From Octopus sinensis (taxonomy: Eukaryota): 30,977 nucleotides of DNA. A model generated the notes under the pieces. That model was not told where the DNA came from. It saw only the letters and a program-made list of their open reading frames with translations, and ran no database searches. The DNA lies in contig NW_021832443.1 in the NCBI RefSeq assembly GCF_006345805.1, positions 1-30,977 of the forward strand. Direction: 5' to 3'. Position numbers and translations under genes: made by a program. Position 1 is the stretch's first letter. Each line of letters opens with the position of its first letter. Below, in pieces: positions 22,241 to 30,977 of this stretch.

Positions 22241-22949
22241 ACTTCGTTATATTAATCACTAAATATACACGATGCAATGTTACTTCATTTTTAATGACAC
22301 CAATCTATGGATTTTTGATAATATATATACGCTACATCTATTAAGTTTTTACCTTGTAGTTTTGTGTTAATTACTTACAATACATATATGAAATTTTGAG
22401 GCTGGTGACACCGGTCCTGTACTTTTGCCGACCGGGAAATTACTGTCTTTAATTCACCCGAGAAAAAAGAGCAACAACATCATACGTTTGAGTTTCCAAC
22501 CCAGAAATGGAAGACGTAGAAGCAACCGTGAATCCTAATATAGTAAATTATTACCGCGAAGACGTTATTTCTCTGTCGTCGTCATCCCTATAATATGTAT
22601 AAAGTAAACAGCATTAAGAACATACAGCAAAGGAAATATATAACACTACAATATGAATAAAGATAAGAGTACATTTAGTCCGCTCTCTTTTTTTTTTTGT
22701 ATAGTTCTACACGTGTATTTTTTCAAGTAGTTTTCGATTTTCGCATTTTTCGTTTGCTTTTAACTGATGAGCGAATGATGTATCTGGATGGCATATTAGT
22801 GTGAACAGATCTCAAATCACACACACACACCACACACACAGAGCCTCATACATGCAAAGACGTGAATATAATTATGCCTCTCTATGTGCACATAAATATA
22901 TATATATTTTTTTTTTGTGAGCATGTGTGTGCACATAAATGCAAAATAT

Positions 22950-23076
22950 ACATATATATATGTATATTATATATATATATATATTATATATATATGCATA
23001 TACATATATCATGTATTTATGCATATATGTATACACACACAGAGACGCAAGTATATATAAATATAAATATAAATAT

Positions 23077-23108
<32 letters not shown>

Positions 23109-23132
23109 CGTGTATATATATCTATATATATA

Positions 23133-23175
<43 letters not shown>

Positions 23176-23335
23176 TATATGTGTGTGGGTGTGTTGTATG
23201 TGATGTATGCATGCATGTATAATATATATGTTTTTATTTATTTACCAGTCATTAACCATTAAATTCTGAAACATCAAGTCCTCTAAACGGCCATCAAACC
23301 AGCACACTTACAAATCTTTTGAGGAGAGATAAAAG

Positions 23336-23383
<48 letters not shown>

Positions 23384-23385
23384 AG
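22950..23385. repeat. (TA)n field and (AG)n tract
   Basis: Direct reading. Confidence 0.9.
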
Positions 23386-24169
23386 TAGAGAAACGACGAC
23401 AAGAGAAATAAACGTACAATATTGGATTTAATGATAAAACGAAAACCACAGGGAAAAAAGAAAAAAGACTAAAAAATAGGATAAAATTAATTTAAGATGG
23501 ATCAAAAAGCCAAACGGCCGAATAACGAAGCCATTATACAATTTTTTCCATTCTAAATCATTACAAGGTTCTCCTGAAATAATAACAGTACAATTTTATT
23601 TTATTTTCGAAATATTTTTTGTGTCCTAGATTTTCTCTGTGAAATCTTTAGTACATCTTTATGAAAATTATCTTGGTAAAGTTGAATTTTGCATATATAG
23701 AATGATACTATCATATATACATAAATATAGATGGATACTATCATATATACAGAAATATAAGCGATTATGTATATAAGTATGTTCTCCACTGGTTTTAATT
23801 ATTTGAAGTCTTCCCGTGAGGAGGGAGTTTTTAACAACGTTAGAATACTCAGTCTTTGGCATATAAATAAAGAATAAACAAACACATTTTAAACTTGAGA
23901 AAAGCCTTGAATAATTTTTAATGTTCCACTTACAGACTAAGGCGTAAATTTTCTGGTTGATTTTATTTTTCTAAACCTTCTAGTTCATCCATGTTATCAT
24001 TTAGGGATTTACGCACAAAATCTAGAGCACCAATTATCATCGGTAAAATGTGAATTAATTGTCTGGATTTAGAAGCGATAGACGTGGAAGCAGTTCGCCT
24101 TAGGCCTCCACATCTCTTTGAGTTTCGAAGAAATATTCACAATAGCGCTATCTGACTTCTATGACAGCA

Positions 24170-24187
24170 TATATATATATATATCTA

Positions 24188-24273
<86 letters not shown>

Positions 24274-24307
24274 TATGTATATATATATATATATATGCAT
24301 ATATATG

Positions 24308-24354
<47 letters not shown>

Positions 24355-24417
24355 CATATATGTATATATATATATATAATATATATAATATATAGATATA
24401 TATATATATATATATAT
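24170..24417. repeat. Long (TA)n microsatellite
   Basis: Direct reading. Confidence 0.95.
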
Positions 24418-24595
24418 AGTGGCTGTGTGGTAAGTAGCTTGTTTACCAACCACATGGTTCAGGGTTCAGTCACCTGCGTGGCTCCTTGGGCAAGTGTCTT
24501 CTACTATAGCCTCGGGCCGACCAAAGCCTTGTAAGTGGATTTGGTAGACGGAAACTGAAAGAAGCCCGTCGAATATATACATATATATATATACA
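24418..24595 (+). mobile_element. SINE-I 5' half (head and body), ending at the internal microsatellite
   Basis: Aligns with 188-360; the tail does not follow. Confidence 0.9.
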
Positions 24596-24798
24596 GAGAG
24601 AGAGTAAAGTCCACTGTGATCCGTATGTAGGAGAGGAGCAGCCGGAGGGTAAAGATCCAAACGAGAATCCGTAAATGGTAGATAAAGAGCAGATACAGAG
24701 TCCAGTGGTGAAGTTCCTGAGCGTTATACAGATACATCTGTTTGTTTTGTACACCACCTGTCTTCGTCTTTTGTTGTTTTTTTTCGTAAACTCTCCCT

Positions 24799-24829
<31 letters not shown>

Positions 24830-24833
<4 letters not shown>

Positions 24834-25740
24834 TTGACGTACCTGGTAATTCCCGAGAAAGGGGGCTCATCCTTTGGTTACGTTCTCATAATTGCTTCGC
24901 TTATCCAATAACAACAATACAATGAATGTAGTCCTTAAAACGTTTTTTGTGCATTTCCGGAGAATACCGAACTGTCTTACACAGGATCTTGTTTTTAGGA
25001 ATTCTCAATAAGTTATGAATACCCAAATTGTGAAGTAAGCTATGTAATAAAATGAAGTTAGTTACCTGATAGTAAGAATTCAAATAAAGTAGCCCCGAAA
25101 AGGGCTTTAATGCGTTCCCAGAGTATATAGAACTTAGGCGGAAATAGTAATAAGTTATGTATACTAAAATCGTGAAGCATGTCACGTAATAACAGGTTGA
25201 TCAGATATGAGATAATAACAATTCAAATTAAATAACTATGAAAAGGGCTTTTGGCTTTCCCAGAGAATATTATCCTCAGCGGCGCTAGTGTTGGCATATT
25301 CGTGAATTAGTCACTAATCGAAAGAATTGGATCTATTGTTTAGGAAAATACTATTTACTTGTTTAAGGTTGTACTGGATAACTTGCGAAAATAACTCTAA
25401 CAGTTTAAATACTGAGAAATAAGCATACTCAATCTCATTTTTATCAAATAATTTAGGAAAACGAATGGGTTATTTCTCTTCGCTATATATAAGGATCTCT
25501 TCAAGGGGCAAATGGGTTATTTTCCTTGATTTTTAAAATAAAATATATTAGATGTATGAGGATCCCTTCCAGGGGCCCTATTCTCGATGTTTTTCAACAG
25601 TCTGAGTGTGTCATATGGTTTCCAGACATCAGTTCTACTCATGTACGAAGTCTCATCAAAATCGCTAAAACGATGTAGGAGGAGTTAGCCAACAACTCCA
25701 CAAACACACGCACATACAGAATGTTCCACATATGTAGTAC
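24830..25740 (+). mobile_element. Possible non-autonomous Helitron/Helentron-like element with internal duplications
   Basis: Start TAGTTGACGTACCTGGTAATTCCCGAG. End AAGTCTCATCAAAATCGCTAAAACGATGTAGGAGGAGTT, then a CA-rich stretch and TAGTA. Resembles Lep1/HINE-type ends from memory. Internal ~142-bp duplication. Confidence 0.4.
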
Positions 25741-26386
25741 AAAACAACATCCAGCATATAGTATTGAGAGAAGTTTTAATGAGAATATTTTTATACATAG
25801 GGATGGTCATTTTGCCTTGTATTAATATCCATGTATGCATTGAATAGCGGGGTTTTTCTTCTCTGTATAACTAAGGACAGTCTTCTTTTCGAGTGGCATT
25901 GTGTATTACTTTTGATACTTCATCGTGTCGCATAAAAAAGATATTACCTTGGGCACCTACTAATCATATGCATAATAGCTTCCACAGAAATATAACATAA
26001 TATAGATGTTCATCTATATTAGGTTGCATCTTCGGTCTCCAAAGGCTTTATTGTAATTGTCATTTGTCGGGTATTTCGTAGAAAGCTCCTGTACTTAGTT
26101 GGCAAATATATAGCCTTATGAGTATGATGTGTTGAAGAAGTCACGAGTCCAACTGAGGCTGTAATATGCATATCGATATTATTGTCTTCTACAAGTCTAC
26201 GACGCAAAATAGTTATGCTTGTTTGCATAGAGTTACTAACTAGCGATTTATATATATATATATATATTTGTATATATATATATATATAAATAAATGAGGG
26301 TGAAAAATTTGATATTAATTTAATAATACCATCAATTTAACACCAAGTGGCTTAGCACATAAAAACCAAGGGATAAAATACAAATT

Positions 26387-26754
26387 TATACATAAATATT
26401 AGAGAGCGACCACTATATGGTTCACTCTAGTGCTAAAAATAGATCCGCTAATGGTATAGCCACTAAAAGTTGTTTCCAAGAAGAAATACCACTACATTTA
26501 ACGTAAGGTAAGTGAAATATAACGAAAAAAATAGATTAACCCTAAACAATTGTTTCATTATTAATGTAATATGCAATTATACTTACATAACATCCATAAA
26601 TCTTCAGCAGAGGTTTGTCTTAAATACAATTTATTAAATCGCAGCGAGCGTCAAATGCACGTGCGGTTTAAACTTTTAGTGGCTATACCATTAGCGGATC
26701 TATTTTTAGTACTAGAGTGAACCACATAGGGTTACTCTCTAATATTTATGTATA
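26387..26754. repeat. Inverted repeat: arms 26387-26471 and 26671-26754, ~199-bp spacer, inside a segment bounded by (TA)n on both sides
   Basis: Arms differ by 4 substitutions and one 1-bp indel. Confidence 0.92.
26538..26615 (-). ncRNA. Hammerhead-ribozyme-like motif in the spacer of the inverted repeat
   Basis: Minus strand: AACCUCUG-CUGAAGA-U-UUAU..AUAA-U-GAAA-CAAUUG-UU-UAGGGUU. Helix III palindrome AACAAUUGUU, triplet GUU, U.U at the helix II base. Confidence 0.55.
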
Positions 26755-26902
26755 TATATATATCTATATCTATATATATATATATATACATATATATGAT
26801 TTATAAAAAAATACGGAGAAAAAAGACAAGAAACGAACAACAACAATGCGAGGACATGGTACCTGAAAGTACTAAAATACGCTCAGGGAAGGCAAGAAAG
26901 GG

Positions 26903-26939
26903 TGTTTTACGTTTCAAGCAAAGCCCTTCTTCAGAAACA
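26903..26939 (-). ncRNA. Minimal hammerhead ribozyme motif, the cleanest in the window
   Basis: Minus strand: UGUUU-CUGAAGA-A-GGGC(uuu)GCUU-GAAA-CG-UA-AAACA. Intact core, 5-bp helix I, helix II with 2 G.U pairs, ACGU palindromic helix III, triplet GUA. About 110 bp from (TA)n. Confidence 0.7.
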
Positions 26940-27010
26940 GGAGACAGAGAAATGTCAAAAATAAAAGAAAGACGAAGGGAAAAAGTCGCCATCATTCCAC
27001 TTGTAGTGAC

Positions 27011-27139
27011 ATACATACATACATACGTATATACATACATGCATACATACATACATACATACATACATACATACATACACACATACATACATACATACAT
27101 ACATACATACATACATACATACATACATACATACATACA
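27011..27139. repeat. (ATAC)n microsatellite
   Basis: Direct reading. Confidence 0.95.
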
Positions 27140-27589
27140 TGGTAGATGTCTACTCCTCATACAGAGTCTGACCATTTCTTGTACTTACATCTTAGATCCA
27201 TCATGGCGTCTAATGTGACTTTTTAAACAAGACTTACGTATGCGTGCGTGCATGTGTGCGTGACAGAGTGTGCAGTATGTGTGTGTGTGCGTGCGCGTGT
27301 GTATGTGTCTTTGTGTAGGCATGCAAATATATTCATAACAAATGGCTCTCACTTTGATCTGTCTTTCACTTTGATCTGTCAAAGCAAATCTTCCAACGTA
27401 CGCAACTCTTTATTATATCATTAATAAGGTGGGTTTTCATTTGCTTCTTTTCATATCTATCCAGTGAGTCGCGTTTCAAAGTTTTCTTTTTCAAAATCAC
27501 ATTTTCTCACACTTTTTCTTCTTTTCTGAAAAATTTTAGAAGAAATGAAAATACAACAGCCCACATGCATAGTCATGGCGTTGACATTT

Positions 27590-27787
27590 ATGTTAATAAT
27601 AATACTGTGACTAATAGTTGTAATATTACCAATCATGATGAATATTTTAATAATAAAAATCATATCATTAATTATAATAATAATGATAATATTCATAACA
27701 ATATCAAGAGCAGTAAGACCTTCTGCAGCCGCTGCTACTACTTTTACTACCACCAGCACCAACACTACCACCACACAACCACCTCTG

Positions 27788-27833
<46 letters not shown>

Positions 27834-28062
27834 CACGACCACTATTACCCCCACCACCGCCACCATCACAACCACCACCACATCTACAACAGCAACAACA
27901 ACTACTATTACTACTACTACTACTACTACTACTACTACCACGACCACTATTACCACCACCACCGCCACCATCACAACCACCACCGCCACCATCACAACCA
28001 CCACCACAACTACAACAACAATTACTACTACTTCCACCACTACTACTACAACTACTACTATA

Positions 28063-28108
<46 letters not shown>

Positions 28109-28134
28109 ATAATAATAATAATAATAATAATAAT
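27590..28134. repeat. Compound (AAT)/(ACT)/(ACC)n field ending in (AAT)9, with an internal ~50-bp duplication
   Basis: Direct reading; CCACGACCACTATTACC...CCGCCACCATCACAACCACCAC occurs twice. Confidence 0.9.
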
Positions 28135-29665
28135 CTTCATGGATGATTTAAAACTGTTGGCAAAAACAGCTTGAGATGGAGATGCGGGTTGAAACTGTAC
28201 AAATGTGCAGCAAGGGTATAGAGGTGGAATTCGGTATCTCGAAGTATGTGGTGCTTACTTTGAAGCTGGCAGGAAAAGAGTAAATTGTAGAACTATAGAA
28301 TTGCCAAACGGAGAGAGAATGGAAGACATGGATGATCATGGGCATAACTATCTTGGGATCTTGGAGCTGGACAATATTTTGAAAAAAGAATGAAAAGACA
28401 TGCTCATCACTGCGTATTTCAAGCGCCTCAAACTTCTCTTGAAATCAAAGCTCAATTCTAGGAACCTTGTAGATTGTCATCGACTTATGGGTGGTTGCTG
28501 TAGTTCCCTATAGTGCTACTCGATCACACTACCCGAAATACAATGACAATGAATGGTACCCTCCACCCAAAGGCCAATGTACACAGACTACATAAAGAGA
28601 GGTAAAGAAGGTGGACGTGGGCTGATTAGCCTACGAGTGTGCATCAACAGTGAAAGAAGAAATGTGGCAGAATATTTGGTAATCAGCAAAGAAGACCTGC
28701 TACAGTATGCTGCTAGGGCAGAAGGAGTTAACAAAATCGATTTGAGAGTGCTAATGAATTCCGATCAAGAACATCCAACGAGAGAGAAGAAACTCTACTC
28801 CGTATAGAATTACATGGTCAGTTCCACTATGTAACAGGCAAATTAAAAGACCAGGAAGCATCATGCAGGTGGCTGAACAAAGATGACCTAAAAAAGAATA
28901 CTGAAAGCCTAATCATCACTGTCCAGGACCAAGTATTGAATACCAACTCAGTGAAAAAGAATACATACCACAAAAGTGCAACTGACCTCTGCAGAATGTG
29001 TGGGAAAAGGGTAGAAAGCGAGACTCACATTTTAGTGCTTTTGAATGTCTTGTGCAGAAATAGTACAAGCGTACACATGACAAGGTGGCCCAAAACCTCC
29101 ACTGGCTATTATGCTTTAAGTATGGGTATGAGGTTACGGGTGCTTGGTAACAACATACACCGGAAAAGGTAATGGACGAAAAGGGGAAGGAAAATATCTT
29201 GTGGGACTTTGATTTCCAGACAGACAAGGTGTTAGAGCATCGAAAGCCGGATATAGTAACCTTTAGGAGAGACAAACAACAGTGCCTAATAACTGATGAG
29301 GCAGTGCCAGTAGATCAACGTATTATCATGAAAGAAAGAGAAAAGATTAATAAATATGGAAGCCTGCGAATTGAAATCGGTAAGATGTGGCAGATACGAG
29401 AGTCAAACATAAAGGTTATCTCGATTGTTATCGGAGCATTGTTTTCAATACCATCCAATCTAGAAAAAAACATCTGAAAACCTTAGAAATACCCTAAAAT
29501 CTAGATGCATTGCAAAAATCGGCATCACGTGGAACTGCACACATATTGCGTAAAGTACTGTCTGCCTGAGGTCATTGTTGTGACTTGACAAGCAGTACAA
29601 ATCCACGGTAGACACACTATCTTCAATGAACAACAAAACAATATTGAATAATGTACGATGTCTTA
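28135..29665 (+). mobile_element. 5'-truncated, decayed R4/Dong-like non-LTR retrotransposon with its 3' UTR, flanked by (AAT)n on both sides
   Basis: FMDDLKL at 28136-28156, YLGILE, LKSKLN, EGGRGL, HGQF, CRMC..E..H, LWDFDFQTD..HRKPDI..D.AVP..EK..KY, LQKS..GTAHILRKVL* (stop 29567-29569). Multiple stops and frameshifts. Confidence 0.93.
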
Positions 29666-29668
29666 AAT

Positions 29669-29715
<47 letters not shown>

Positions 29716-29775
29716 TTAATAATGATAATAATAATGATGATGATGATAATGACGAAGATGAGGAGGAGGAGGACG

Positions 29776-29845
<70 letters not shown>

Positions 29846-29978
29846 TAATAATAAAAACAACAACAACAAAAACTACAACAACAGAAATAGCCCACGTCAA
29901 ACTTGACCAAATTCAACGTGGGCGGAATTTGATCTCAGTGTTAACTCTTGTGCCAGCTCGCCTCTTTAATGATTTATG

Positions 29979-30053
<75 letters not shown>
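29666..30053. repeat. (AAT)/(GAT)/(AAC)n field containing a small SINE-II remnant (~29920-29965)
   Basis: Direct reading; GGCGGAATTTGATCTCAG and TGCCAGCTCGCC match SINE-II. Confidence 0.85.
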
Positions 30054-30054
<1 letters not shown>

Positions 30055-30599
30055 GGAAGTACATGAAAGGCGGTGGATGAAGACCAGTAGGACAAAAACA
30101 AACAGAAAAATAAGAAAATAAAAATTATAAAATTTACAGAATGATATTTCTTGATGATGTGATTCTATGATGTTCCATTTTATATCCTATTATTCTTTTC
30201 CTTATTTATTTATTTATTCATTTTTATATCTACATCTTCCTACTTCTAAATAAAGTTAATATTTCCATCTTCTGATATTCGGAGAGTACGTGTTAAATCT
30301 ATTTCTATCCAATTTTTTTCCTATCTATTTCACTTCATGTGAAAATCTCTAACAATTTTCTTGCCTCATTGATATCTGCTGCTTCGGTTTACTTTGTTGC
30401 TGGTATTTTCTATATCATAATTGTTTTTGTTCTTTACTTGAAAATTATGCATAGAAGTACGAGTATAATATTTTTAACATGCGTTATAAAAACATTAATA
30501 TGTACGTAGCCGGAAAACACAAACATACAGATAGTGTTTGCATATACATTCATATGTACACAAAACATATGTCAAATATGCACGCATGCACATACACTA

Positions 30600-30745
30600 A
30601 TATATATATATATGTGTGTGTGTTTATGTATCTATGTATGTATGTATATCTATGTGTGTATGTATATATATATATATATATACATATATATGCATATATA
30701 TAATATGCCTAGATGCATATAAGTCCATACATATATATCCCACAC

Positions 30746-30799
<54 letters not shown>

Positions 30800-30935
30800 T
30801 CAGATATACGTATGTATAAGTTTGTATGTATATATGTATATATATATCGTATATTTACATACACACATATATATATGAATACATCATATATGTCGATGCA
30901 TATACATCCATGTATGTATATATATATATAATATA
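30600..30935. repeat. Degenerate (TA)n field
   Basis: Direct reading. Confidence 0.9.
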
Positions 30936-30977
30936 TTCAGAAGAAAGATATGAATTATGGCCCTGCACATATACAAA

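Noticed and set aside
22764-22770. Isolated CTGATGA (also CTGAAGA near 13817 and 20893)
   Set aside because: No GAAA at a suitable distance.
188-24595. tRNA genes
   Set aside because: All tRNA-like segments continue into multi-copy SINE bodies and lack a complete cloverleaf.
25250-25282. CUGAGGA...GAAA on the minus strand
   Set aside because: The intervening sequence cannot form helix II.
27540-28146. Asn/Thr-rich ORF after a good-looking acceptor (polypyrimidine tract, AG at 27538-27539)
   Set aside because: A second + frame is also open, as expected for AAT/ACT/ACC repeats, and the stop comes from the inserted R4 element. RNA-seq could revive it.
363-30931. Most ORFs in the supplied track (YI-, HT-, poly-I/D/S/F/E/K/T-rich)
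   Set aside because: They are translations of di-, tri- and tetranucleotide repeats that lack stops in some frames; no domain content.

Overview
Eukaryotic, AT-rich, microsatellite-saturated genomic DNA with no confidently identifiable protein-coding gene. The repeat families resemble those I recall from Octopus genomes (unverified inference). Almost every ORF in the supplied track is a translation of simple repeats. Supportable content: (i) at least four tRNA-headed SINE families (~17 full or partial copies); (ii) three decayed R4/Dong-like non-LTR retrotransposon fragments (RT, CCHC and restriction-like endonuclease motifs), two of them abutting (AAT)n; (iii) a 566-bp internally deleted mariner with perfect 30-bp TIRs, nested in an old SINE; (iv) weaker Rex1/Babar-like RT and Helitron-like relics. 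Two signals not explained by the ORF track stand out. First, six minimal type-I hammerhead-ribozyme-like motifs at five loci (CUGANGA...GAAA with a palindromic helix III). Most lie 100-260 bp from a (TA)n tract, two loci carry long inverted repeats, and the pattern fits Penelope-like element termini. Second, a 184-bp SINE module bounded by TATTTC...GAAATA recurs at four loci, always joined at the same base of another SINE's head, suggesting self-targeted insertion or dimeric master copies.
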